From Squalus acanthias (Eukaryota): a DNA stretch of 64,000 nucleotides. The notes beneath the pieces are model-generated. The model did not search any database. It saw only the letters and a program-made list of their open reading frames with translations, and was not told where the DNA came from. The translations under genes were made by a program, and so were the position numbers. Position 1 is the stretch's first letter, and each line of letters starts with the position of its first letter. Below are positions 14,016-25,180 of this stretch, piece by piece. The stretch is from NCBI GenBank assembly GCA_030390025.1, contig CM059438.1:70496001-70560000 (forward strand), written 5' to 3'.

Positions 14016-14234
14016 CTAGTCTCTAAGCACTCTAGGATAAGTACCATCTATACCTGAGGATTTAGTTATTTTGAGCCCATTTACTCTGCCTAGGACTTTC
14101 ATCTCATTCATAGTGAAGTCATTGACTAGACTTGGGATATTTTCATCTCGAGAGGGTGTGCTGCTCATATCTTCCTTTGTGAATTCTTGGAAGAAGTAAT
14201 CATTAAGAATATTTATTATTCTGTGTTCAACCTC

Positions 14235-14965
14235 AGTCAGAGTTGGTAGATGTAGTGCATCACTCCTTCATCATTCAGTGTGCCAAGGAAGTCACAAGAG
14301 GCAATGCTCATCTTGATGTGGTATTAGTTATTGACCTAGAAGATGTACACGAAATGGAAGTCATAGCACTCCTCAGTTGCAAACCCATTTGCGTATTGTA
14401 TGGTTTTCAGCTCTTCTCTTAGTCCACTTGTGAAGTTGTGAAACCTCGTACTGCTGTGGTACAAAAATATTTTTTTACTGTTATGCTTAACCTCAGCTGC
14501 TGCACCTTTTCCAGGTCTCTTTTGCACCTCTGGTTTGCCTTTTAGTGTGTTTCTCTTCTATCCATCCCAGTGAACCACTTCTCCTTTTTCCCTGCAGGAT
14601 TTGTATAGGTCATTTTTCCTCTTTATCTCACTTTTAATGTATTTCTTACTCTATTTAGGGTCATGTTTGTTTAATCTGAGCTTGTTGCTTTTGGAAATGT
14701 AGCAGGCTCAGTATTATGCCTTTAAAGGTATTCCACTTTTAAAGTCATGTACCCGCGCCCGTGGTCTTGGGTATTTTTGAGTCCCAGATCATGTTAAATG
14801 TTGTCATTCTGTGGACACTGTCCCCCAGGAGTGCTATGATTTCCATTTCTGGTACATCTTCTGGGTCAATAACGAATACCAGATCAAGATGAGCATTGCG
14901 TCTTGTGACTTCCTTGACACACTGGATGATGAAGGAGTCATGCACTACATCTACCAACTCTGACT
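14235..14965. repeat. 139-bp inverted duplication
   Basis: 14235-14373 is the imperfect reverse complement of 14827-14965. Confidence 0.9.
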
Positions 14966-15886
14966 CTAAACCAATAAATTGACATAAAAGTGCAACACAG
15001 ATGTGATAACAAGAAGCAAGGTTTTGTATACAGGGAGTGCATGTAGATGCACGATGTTTAATATATTATCATAGCTTATAGATACGACCAAACTGTTAAA
15101 TACTGCATTTGTTATTTTTAATTTAATATGTCTTTATAAAATTCATGTTTTGTTTTGTTCACATCGTTGAAAGTATCTGTGCCTTTAGGTTTCCCATTTT
15201 TAGTCATATGGCTACATTTTATTTTAACTTAATGGGCTAGAGTGTTGCTTAAATATGGCCCACAATAGTCAATAATTCAGATGTTCCTGTTACATTGCAA
15301 TTGATGAAGATCTCTTCCCTGAGGCTATAATTTATCAATGATACACTAAAGACAAGTGTCTAGGAATGATGTCCATATCTATGTTTTGCAGAGAATGTGT
15401 ATCAATTGTAGTTGTGCACCATGCTGGAAATGTTGGGAAGCTGGATTTTCTTTTTGCATACAAATGAAACCTTTTTTTTTATTGAGAATCCTAGACTGAG
15501 GAATCTTAGTGCAGAACTTCACCAAGGCTGAAAAAGTAAGAGAGAAGATAAGGCAAATAAAGAATTAATGACTAGGTGATGCCAAGGTTGAGTTCTGAAA
15601 GCCCAATGGAGGATAAGGTAAGGTGGTGGAAAAGAATGGTTTAGCGTAGGAGACAGCGCAATAAGCCTCAGTTTTATTGCAGGGAAGAGAATGGCATGTG
15701 GGATGCAGTAAAAGAAATGCAGAAATTGTAGGCACAAGCAGTAGATACATACAAGTGCTGATGTTATGCAATAAGTGGAAAATGATGTTCTGCATTCTGG
15801 GAAGTGGGGACTTGAGGAATGAAACTTTCCCCCAGAGTTATTTCCCCCCCGCCCCAATACATGTCTCTTTTTCTTTTATAATAAAG

Positions 15887-16035
15887 GTTGAGGCTCTCAG
15901 CAAGTGTAGAACCATCAAGTACTATGATAGGCTTGGAATGGCAGGATGCCCAACCTGTGATAGGAACCAAGATAGCGGACTACATCATTCACTATAAGAA
16001 ACTGGACGATTATATCGACCCAAATCTTTACGCAG
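15887..16035 (+). CDS. ASTN1: Astrotactin-1 internal coding exon (start of fibronectin type III domain)
   Basis: Polypyrimidine tract plus AAG acceptor at 15884-15886 and donor GTAAGT at 16036. The first G completes the GT|G (Val) codon from the previous exon. Translates LRLSASVEPSSTMIGLEWQDAQPVIGTKIADYIIHYKKLDDYIDPNLYA(G), closer to ASTN1 (LEWVDVQPAIGTKVSDYI) than to ASTN2 (LEWEHSEPPIGVQIVDYL) as recalled. Confidence 0.93.
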
Positions 16036-16339
16036 GTAAGTGTTCAATTCTTCGAATAAGCTTTCACTGTACAAGACTGTTCGTTGAGAGCATTCTGACC
16101 GCATATTTACCAATTGGCGTTAGTTGCAAACGTTTTAATTGCAAGAAAGAGAAATCAAAGCTGGATATCAGATGTTGAGTAGAATAAAATGACAGTCTTT
16201 TTGAAAATACATTTCAAAGTATATCTATACAATAACATGTTGTGTAATGTAATCTCATTTGATGAATTTTGTAAAGGCAACCATATTGTGGTATTAAATC
16301 AATAACATTAAAATAGTTTCCATTGTGGCCGTCGTGACT

Positions 16340-16435
16340 TTGTTTTTGGATAGAGTAACTACCGTTGCACTTGATTTTTTACTGCCCATCAGGTCATCGG
16401 TGGTGAACATCAGTAGTTACTTTATCCAAAAACAA
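16340..16435. repeat. Inverted repeat (23-bp arms, 1 mismatch)
   Basis: TTGTTTTTGGATAGAGTAACTAC (16340-16362) and GTAGTTACTTTATCCAAAAACAA (16413-16435). Confidence 0.85.
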
Positions 16436-18299
16436 CATTCATAGTCATCATTTAATGTGAGGTTTGGTCACTTTGCCCCCACCCCCTTCCCCTGCTCCAT
16501 CCACAACAAGTCAAAGAACACAGTCCGAGCACATCGTGTTATTTAATAAAATCATTAACGTTCTATGTGGCTGGATTATATGTCGAGAACACTTGTATTT
16601 AGCGTTCTCCCTCTGGTTATAGGGTGGAGTGTGTGCCAAGTGGTTTTGCTTTAACAGTGCCACGTCAAGGGCTGCCCAGTAATCAGAGCGGAGAATGTTA
16701 TATTACAAACTATCATTTGTTGATGAAAAATAAGAAAAGGACTCTTTTCAAACTTGTGAAAATACACACCATTTTATGTTTATTGTTGATATGTTGCGTT
16801 TTATGTTTTTATTGGCTTTTGATCCTCCTGCAATAAGAGTGTCTGCGGATTTTCCTTTAACGTGGCATAGAGTTTGATTCTGCTTGGGTTTGTTTTCTCT
16901 CATGAATGCAGACAAATGCCGTATCCACATTTAAATCCAAAGGACTGATTCATGGCGTGGCTATCGCTAACTCTTTTTTGTTGCAATCTTTTACCGTTTG
17001 CAGTCATTAGTTTAGACTGACTGGGCTATAAGAGGTGGTAATGTGCAAATCAATGACTGGAATTGGGGGCAGCCATTTCAATTAGTGCCAGCAATCTGAT
17101 CGATCGAATGGCCTGCACCTGTCTGCTAGCCAACCTACGCTGCCCCATTCAACCAGAGACTTGCCTGTGAGATTGTGATAATGCCTCCCATCTCAGGATT
17201 GTGATCTCATCTCATGCTGGTAATCCCACGCGCTTTCCTTGCTTTCTCTTCCCGAAAAACAAGAGAACACTATGGAGGCAGAGCTGTCCCTGCATCCACT
17301 GTGATAATGAAAATCCTCTATTAAAACTATAGGCCCTATAGATTTAATAGCAGGCTTTAAATATCTTTGTGCGTGCTGGGACAGAGCACCTCTCCAACAT
17401 CACACAGCCAGGCAGACGGTGAAGAGGAAAGCAGAAATATGGTAGATCAAAATATGGGAAAGGTAGAAAAAGCTGGGCTAAAGAAGATATAGAGAGCAGA
17501 ATATGTTAATGCCTCGAGACCTCCTCTGGGCTCAGTAATGGATGCAGCTTGTCAAGTTTAATCAAATTTTTATTTGTGGCGCTTGGTTACACCTCAGATA
17601 TACAGGTTGTGACTGAAAATCTCCTACCTAGTATTTGTCTGATATTCGAACCTCTGCCTGTCTATGGAATGACTGAAAATCAACCTGTTTCTCCTGTGCG
17701 CCTGTTACTTATAACAGAACAAGGCTTGCTGAAGGATTGACTATACATTTTAGGGTGGTTACTTTAAAATGTTGAATTGTATTCATTATTAATTGCACTC
17801 GCAGACACCTGCTATGATTGACTAATCAACCTGTCAAATCCAAATACAGGTGGCTGTCCTACAAATGACATCTTTCTACTTCTGTCTGTGCTGCAAGAGA
17901 GAATTGGTTTATCTTTACCTTCAACTGCAAGGCTTAGGATACTGTGAGGAATCAATCTTTGGAAGTGGTTCCCCAATAGTTTTGGTCACAATCCAGGATC
18001 TCGCTTTCTCCTAGAAAGTTTATGTGTGGAAAAAATGTTAAAAAAGGCAGACAGGCAGTGAGAAAGAAATTAAACTGGAGGAATAACAGATCATATCTGA
18101 TTAGTGTAATCTGGTTGTAGAATTTCCATTAAGGAATAAACTGCAAAATAAATTGTGAGAGGTTTGCAGTTATAGTGTCACAGCCATTAATCTGGTCGCG
18201 TGAATGTTATGATACATGTTGACGCAGAGCGAAAGGGCAGGCGCTGCCCACACTGGCAACACTTAGTGGAGTCAAAAATAATCTTCATTCAATAAAACT

Positions 18300-18580
18300 T
18301 CCCAGTGAGATAGAAATGATATTGGCCTGAACCTGGGCTACAATTGACTCAGGGCTCTTTGAAAAATCAGCCCGGGTTACTAATCCTGGTCACCACCCCG
18401 TGGACGACGACTGGAAAGAGTACGTGCGAGGGTGTTGACTGAAGATAGTCTTAGGCTTGATTGTGATGTCCTGTCAATCCATACGATCTAAAATGACACA
18501 TGAAGAATAACCACTTGAACATGATACTAGACAACAGCTAGGAGCCCTATTCTCAGGACAGGAGAGAAGAAAATTGACAA
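18300..18580 (+). mobile_element. Ancient SINE-like dispersed repeat, highly decayed (family unnamed)
   Basis: Shares motifs (tacaattg, aaaatcagcc, tgtgatg, acatgaagaat..ccact, purine-rich end) with ~32750-33125, ~36270-36600, ~40070-40270 and the split minus copy at 27060-27170/30322-30550. Confidence 0.5.
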
Positions 18581-20430
18581 AATAAAATGAATCGTTTTCA
18601 AATGGAAATAGATTTAACGTGAAAATGATACTTGGTTGTGATTAATTTTATTTTAAAGATTTATTACTTTCAAGTCCTTGTTAAAAAAAATAATTTTGAT
18701 TACAGCAGCCCAGTGACAACATCATTATTAACCCTCTTCTGGTTCAGTTGACCAAAACAAGAATCTTGCAGCCCTTCAACCTGCCTGCAGGTGCTGTCCA
18801 GCAGTCATCCAGTTTTTATTTTACAAGTTTCACAGTCTATATGATTGTATCAGCTTTACAATCTTGCAAAGTACAATTTTATTGCTGATGTTTAAAATAA
18901 AGCTATTTGCTTAGCTTGGATTGACTTTATGTTGGCGGTTATGTGAGGCTGCATTAAGCACACGGCGTTCTCTGAGAAACAGCAATCCTGGTAAATGTGA
19001 GAAGATTGTTAAGGCAGGTGACCACTTAATGCAGATGCCCATTGTGCAATAGTTAAGTCATTGTACTTTAGATTGTTAATCTATGAGGATATAATTGTCA
19101 TCAACAAATGCTTTTTGTTACAGTTGTAGTTGACAGGGAGAGGGAAAGAGGGTCTGACGGTGTTAGAATTGACAGTTTAAAGCATGAAATTGTGTTTCTA
19201 GTGAAACTCCATCTGAATGTTACTTATGTCAGTTAAAAGGGCCTTTATTGCCACAGTTGCAAGTTTCTATGCTGGCAGACTTCCTGCAATAGTCAAGAAC
19301 CATCTGCCCCGAAAATTACATTACCGTATAGGCTGCATTGAACAGTGTATCTATTGCAGCACCAACTCAACAATGCAATTTAATATTGTAATCATCATAT
19401 TGATTAAAATCCAATATTCACGTGAATTTGAAGCACCAGTTTGGCAATACAATCAAACTGCATCACTAATTGCACTGTTCTTTCATTTAATTACCTGATA
19501 ATTTGTCTTGTAAAAGAATATTAGGAGATAAGTTCCAATGCCAGTCAATAAACTAGAGTTGCTGATAATTATATTTTACACTGAGATGTCACGATATCTG
19601 CCGCCCTAAAAACAGCACTTGGCGCGAGTGCAGCATGTTGGGGACATGTTCCCCACATTTAAGTTTTTAACCCCCGCCCCGCCCTGACCCTCTCCTGCTG
19701 TTGTAGGGGGAGTTAATATCGAGGGAATAGAAGCAGCCCTGTGACAACTTCCGGGCCTAGATTCACACAGCCCACATACTGTTCTATCTGTTGGAAGACA
19801 CAAAGAGGTACAGCCATCATGACCTCTGGCAATACACTTCTGGATCTCCATTTTGCTAATCAGTTTTTAACAGGCCTACAGAAAGGACAGTGACAGATTG
19901 CAGTAAAATATTGTGAGAGTATACAGGGAGAGTTTGAGGCTTTCTGTCCGAGGACTTTGGGACTGCCTTCAAACACATCTTCAATCGAATCCAATCTACT
20001 TACTAAACAGTGCATATTTGGGATATTTTACAATTGAAAAGGAAAAAAAAGCTGTTTAAACATAAATCCATAACAAGGTGAAAGGTTTTACAACTTCAGA
20101 TATAGGTAAATTTCTTGTGCCTATCAAGGAGGGAGGTGAAGTGATTTTCCTTCCAGTACCCAGTGTTAACATTTAATATTCCTATGTATGAAGTCAAATC
20201 TAACAAAAGATAAAGCTCCTGTAACAACATCCTTACTCCCAACCTGCACCAATGTGACAATTTTAATTACCACTGAGCCATCACTGTGCCCGTCTAGGTG
20301 AGACTGACAATTTATTCCAAATAGACTCATGCCCACAGAAACTAGACTGAGGTTGCCCAAACTCATTTCATATAGAAATCTGGCAGGGAGAAGAAACTTT
20401 CATCTGATTATTGTGTGCTAAATTTGAACC

Positions 20431-20437
<7 letters not shown>

Positions 20438-20461
<24 letters not shown>
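20438..20461. repeat. (TA)n microsatellite
   Basis: Direct read. Similar runs: (TA)n near 4651-4670, (CA)n near 63793-63813 and a poly-G tract near 21183-21216. Confidence 0.9.
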
Positions 20462-20464
20462 AAT

Positions 20465-21305
20465 ATTCATTTATGGGATGTGGGCGTTGCTGGCAAGACT
20501 GGCATTTATTGCCCATCGCTAGTCCCCTGAGGCAATGGCAGTGGGTCTTCTCCTTGAACTGCCGCAGTCTGTATGGTGAAGGTACTCCCACAATGCTGTT
20601 GTAGTGAGTTCCAGGTTTTTGACCCAGCAACGGTGAGGGACAGCGACGTATGTCCAAGTCAGGATGGTGTGTGACTTGGAGGGGAAATTGGAGGTGATGG
20701 TATTCCCAAGCTCCTGCTACCCTTGTCCTTCTACATGGTAGAGATCGCAGGTTTGGGAGGTGCTGTCGAAGAAGCCTTGGCAAGTTGCTGCAGTGCATCT
20801 TGTAGATAGTACATACTGCAGCCACATTGCGCTGGTGGTGGAGGGAGTGAATGTTTAGGCTAGTGGATGAGGTGCCAGTCAAGCAGACTGCTTTGTTCTG
20901 GATGGTGTTGAGCTTCTTGAGTGTTGTTGCAAGTGAAGAGTATTACATCACACTCCTGACTTGTGCTTTGTGGAGCGGCTTTGGAGAGTCAGGAGGTGAG
21001 TCACTTGCTGCAGAATACCTAGCCTCCGACCTGCTCTTTTAGCCAAGGCATTTATGTGGTTGGTCCAGTAGAGTTTCTAGTTTTGCTACATTAAAGGTGC
21101 AAGTTGTTGTTGTAGTTAATGGTGCCCTCCAGGATGTTAATGGTGAGGAACTGGGCAATGGCAATGTCATTGAATGTTAAGGTGGGGGGTGGCGGGGGGG
21201 GGGGGGGGGGGGGGGAGTGGTTAGGCTCCCTCTTGTTGGAGATGGTCATTGCCAGGCACTTGTGTAGGCTGAATGTTATTTGCTACTTAACAGACCAAGC
21301 CTGAA
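20465..21305 (-). mobile_element. 3' portion of a non-LTR retrotransposon (family with C-terminus NIHSLHHRRTVAAVCTIYKMHC; clade not assigned)
   Basis: ORF 20418-20882. The same sequence recurs at 24857-25180, 29826-30320, 52525-52615 and 54196-54457. Confidence 0.75.
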
Positions 21306-21956
21306 TTTGAACTCCGGTCCCCGGGCTGAAAGGTTATATTCTACCCACTGGTTCACTTAGTCCATGAGTTTATTCAACCATATTGCTGATAAAAGGGTGA
21401 ATGAAATTAGTCGTTGGATGCAATTTAGTTTTATAATTTTCATTGTTGCCCATTTGTACTTAAATGTGACAAATGCAACATTCTAGTTAAGGAGTCACAT
21501 TCTTCAATTGGGATATTTTCTCGTAGGCTTCTAAATAATATGTGAACTATAAATCTGCCAAATTAATTAATAATCTATTAAAAAAAAGTAACAATTGGAA
21601 ATGTATTGGCAGTTTTAGTTCCCTACCAGGGTCATCATTCTGAATCTAGGTGAGCTGCGAGAACGCCAGCTGAGCTTTCCTATGTACCTGAAGCCTGAGG
21701 TAATGTGACTGAGGTAGAATGTAGTACATTGGCAGAAACAATGTGATCACTCACTATTGCATATATCAACCTGCAGGGAGGTGCAACCAGCTGTGTTTAG
21801 GATGTGTGGAACAGCCTTTTTTTAAAAACTACTCTCCAGAGGCATTAGGGTACAAGACAGCACTCCTTGAAACAAATCACTTTTTCCAGTGTAGTCTCAT
21901 AATCTTATTTGTTCTGATAAAAATAATAACCAGCGTCCATTTGGCAGTCAATTTAC

Positions 21957-23951
21957 GGCACATGAAAGCGGCAGCTTTCCTCCTGTGGACAATATCGCTG
22001 AAAAGTCGCAATGAATATAAGGTTAATTCTGGAATGCAAAGATAACCCCCGGCTACTATTTTCTACTGCTAACCGTCTTCTTAAACCCCTCTCCCCTGTC
22101 TCCTCCACACTCACCTCCAACAACAAGTGTGAGAAGCTCATGGACTTCTTTGTCTCTAAGATTGAGACCATCCGATCAGCTGCCTCTGCCACTTCGATTC
22201 TTTCCCCTCGCCGACCAGGCCAAACTTCCTCGAAGGTTCCCCCGCCCTAGCCCTGAACTCGCATCTTTATCTCCGATCTCCCCTCATGACATCTTTGCGC
22301 TGATCTTGTCCATAAGACCCACTTCCTGCTCCCTCGACCCTATTCCCACTCAACTGCTGACCACCCAGCTTCCTTTTCTGGCTCCCATGTTAGCTGACAT
22401 TGTTGACGGTTCGCTCTCCTCAGGTACTGTCCCCCTCTCCTTCAAATCTACCGTCATCACCCCTCTCCTTAAAAAAATAACCCTTGACCTATCCGTCCTT
22501 GCAAACTACCGCCCCATGTCCAACCTCCCTTTCCTCACCAAAGTCCTTGAACGTATTGTCGCCTCCCAAATCCGTGCACATCTTTCCCGCAACTCCATGT
22601 TTGAATCCCTCCAATCCGGTTTCCGCCCTTGCCACAGTACCGAAACGGCTCTCATCAAAGTCACAAATGATATCCTTTGTGACTGTGACAAAGATAAACT
22701 ATCCCTCCTTGTCCTTCTTGACCTGTAGCAGCCTTTGACACGGTTGACCACTCCATCCTCCTCCAACGCCTCTCCACCATCGTCCAGCTGGGTGGGACTG
22801 CATTTGCCTGGTTTCATTCTTATCTATCTAATCGTAGCCAGAATATCACTTGCAATGGCTTCTCTTCCCACACCCACATTGTTATCTCAGGGTCCCCCAA
22901 GGATCTATCCTTGGTCCTCTCCTATTTCTCATCTATATGCTGCTCCTTGGTGACATCATCCAAAAACACGGCGTCAGTTTCCACATGTATGCTGACGACA
23001 CCCAGCTCTACCTCACCACCACTTCTCTCGACCCCTCCACGGTCTGTAAATTGACACGCTGCTTGTCCAACATCCAGTACTGAATGAGCAGAAATTTTCT
23101 CCAATTAAATATTGGGAAGACCAAAGTCATTGTCTTCGGTCCCCGCCACAAACTCTGTTCCCGAGCCACTGACTCCATACCTCTCACGAGCATCTGTCTG
23201 AGGCTGAACCAGACTGTTCGCAACCTTGGTGTCATATTTGACCCTGAAATGAGCTTCTGACCACATATCTGTGAAATAACCAAGACTGCCTATTTCCACC
23301 TCCGTAACACTGCCCGTCTCCGCCCTTGCCTCAGCTCATCTGATGCTGAAACCCTCATCCATGCCTTTGTTACCTCTAGAGTTGACTATTCCAACGCACT
23401 CCTGGCTGGCCTCCCACATTCTACACTACGTAAACTTGAGGTCATCCAAAACTCGGCTGCCCGCGTCCTAACTCGCACCAGTCCCATTCACCCATCACCA
23501 ATGTGTTCGCTGACCTTCATTGGTTCCTGGTTAAGCAATGCCTCAATTTCAAAATTCTCATCCTTGTTTTCAAGATCCCTCCATGGTCTCGCCACTCCCT
23601 ATCTCTGTAAAGTCCTTCAGCCCCACAACCCCCTCGAGATATTTGCGCTCGTCTAATTCTGCTCTCTTGAGCATCCCTGATTATAATTGCTCAACCATCA
23701 GTGGCCATGCCTTCAGCTGCCTAGGCCCTAAGCTCCGGAACTCCCTCCCTAAATCTCTCTGCCTCTCGACCTCTCATTCCTCCTTTAAAACGCTCCTTAA
23801 AATCTACCTCTTTGACCAAGCTTTTGGTCATCTGCCCTAATTTCTTATGTGGCGCGGTGTAAATTTTTTGTCTCATAACACTCCTGTGAAGCGCCTTGGG
23901 ACATTTTACTATGTTAAAGGCGCTATATAAATACAAGTTGTTGTTGTTGTT
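21957..23951 (+). mobile_element. L2-clade LINE, 5'-truncated, with stops and frameshifts
   Basis: SCSLDPIPT...NYRPMSNLPFLTKVLERIV...QSGFRPCHSTETALIKVTND...[19 protein letters not shown] and [11 protein letters not shown]. (GTT)n tail. Confidence 0.93.
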
Positions 23952-24222
23952 AAAAAATATTCCTCACAGTGAAACGGTCCATCTCCACTGTGTTAAGGCT
24001 TGTGTTTGCCGGAAAATTATGTGTCAGCTTGGCTCAATCGATAATATTGTTGACTCTTGAGTCAAAAAGTTGTAAATTCAAGTTCCAGTACACACTTGAA
24101 TCTAGGTTGACACTTCAGTGCTGTGCTAAGGGAGTGCAGCATTGCCTGAGGTGCCATCTTGCAGCTGAGATGCTGAACTAAGGCCTTGTCTGCCTGGATT
24201 AATGGGATGTAAAAGATACTAT

Positions 24223-24770
24223 GGAGCAAGTTTTACTCACCCCTGGCAGAAACCAAGCTGGGGGGTGGGGCAGTTAAAATGGAGCGGGGGATTTACTCAT
24301 TTCCGCCTCTAATCTGACCGCCTGCAATTTTAAGTTTCAGGCGGCAAGGACACCTGCCCTAGGCCGGCGGGGTCCTCGTTAAATATGAAGATCGGGCTCC
24401 GATGATGTCATCGGGGCTCTATCTGCGATTTTAACCGAAGCCTGAGCGAGGAGCAGTGGTGGCTTCCCCGCCAGGCCAAACCTGCCGGGACAGAAGAAGC
24501 ACAGGAAGGTAAGTTTGAACTTTATTTTTTTAGTTTCCTTGTGGGCCAGGTGGGGCAGTGGTGCTCCTCCGGGCCCCACAACGGAACCTTGGACCTTCCT
24601 TGTCCTGGGATTACTCTCCACTCTCCTCTGATCAGAGGCAGTGTTTTCTGCCAGATTTGGGGGGCAGTTGGCATCTGATATTAAAATGAGGCCCCGGGAG
24701 TTAAAATCTCTCCGGGCCTCGACATGCAAACTTGCGTGGGCTATTCCCACCCAGCGACAAAATTGGGGCC
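24223..24770. mobile_element. Harbinger-type MITE
   Basis: 3-bp TSD TAT (24220-24222, 24771-24773). Degenerate TIRs GGAGCAAGTTTT/AAAATTGGGGCC. Removing it restores the SINE sequence aaaagatac-tat-ggcactatt. Confidence 0.75.
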
Positions 24771-24856
24771 TATGGCACTATTGTGAAGCAAGAGCAGGGA
24801 ATTGTCCTCGCCAAAGTTCTTCACGCATCCAACACTACCAAAAACATTTTTTTGTT

Positions 24857-25180
24857 TAAATTCATTCACGGGATGTGGGTGTCGCTGGCAAGGCCAGCAT
24901 TTATCACCCATCCCTAACTGCCCTTGAGAAGGTGGCGGCGAGCTGCCTTCTTGAACCGCTGCAGTCCGTGTGCTGAAGGTACTCCCACAGTGCTGTTAGG
25001 TGGGGAGGTCCAGGATTTTGACCCAGCGACGATGAAGGAACGGCGATAAATTTCCATGTCAGGATGGTGTGTGACTTGGAGGTGTCGGTGTTCCCATGCG
25101 TCTGCTGCCCTTGTCCTTCTAGGTGGTAGAGGTCGCGGGTTTGGGAGGTGCTGTCGCAGAAGCCTTGGCGAGTTGCTGCA
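24857..25180 (-). mobile_element. 3' end of non-LTR retrotransposon (same family as 29826-30320)
   Basis: CSNSPRLLRQHLPNPRPLPPRRTRAA...[17 protein letters not shown]. Confidence 0.75.

Larger units (their letters stand above)
11835..14965 (-). mobile_element. Old, degraded CR1 LINE interrupted by a MITE and an inverted duplication
   Basis: ORF fragments LEYYVQFWSP...LEAVQRRVAR...LSYEERLERLG (12161-12397) and endonuclease-region QCVKEVTRRNAHLDLVF...LGDSVHRMTTF (14745-14957). Confidence 0.75.

Noticed and set aside
7513..16035. Assignment to ASTN2
   Set aside because: The FNIII exon (EWQDAQPVIGTKIADYIIHYKKLDDY) and [12 protein letters not shown] follow ASTN1 as recalled, not ASTN2. No TRIM32-like ORF was seen.
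15888..16178. 96-aa ORF as a standalone gene
   Set aside because: Only 15887-16035 is exon. The remainder is read-through past the GTAAGT donor.
21183..21216. Poly-G tract as a functional G-quadruplex
   Set aside because: It is a homopolymer expansion inside a LINE fragment, and its length is prone to sequencing error.
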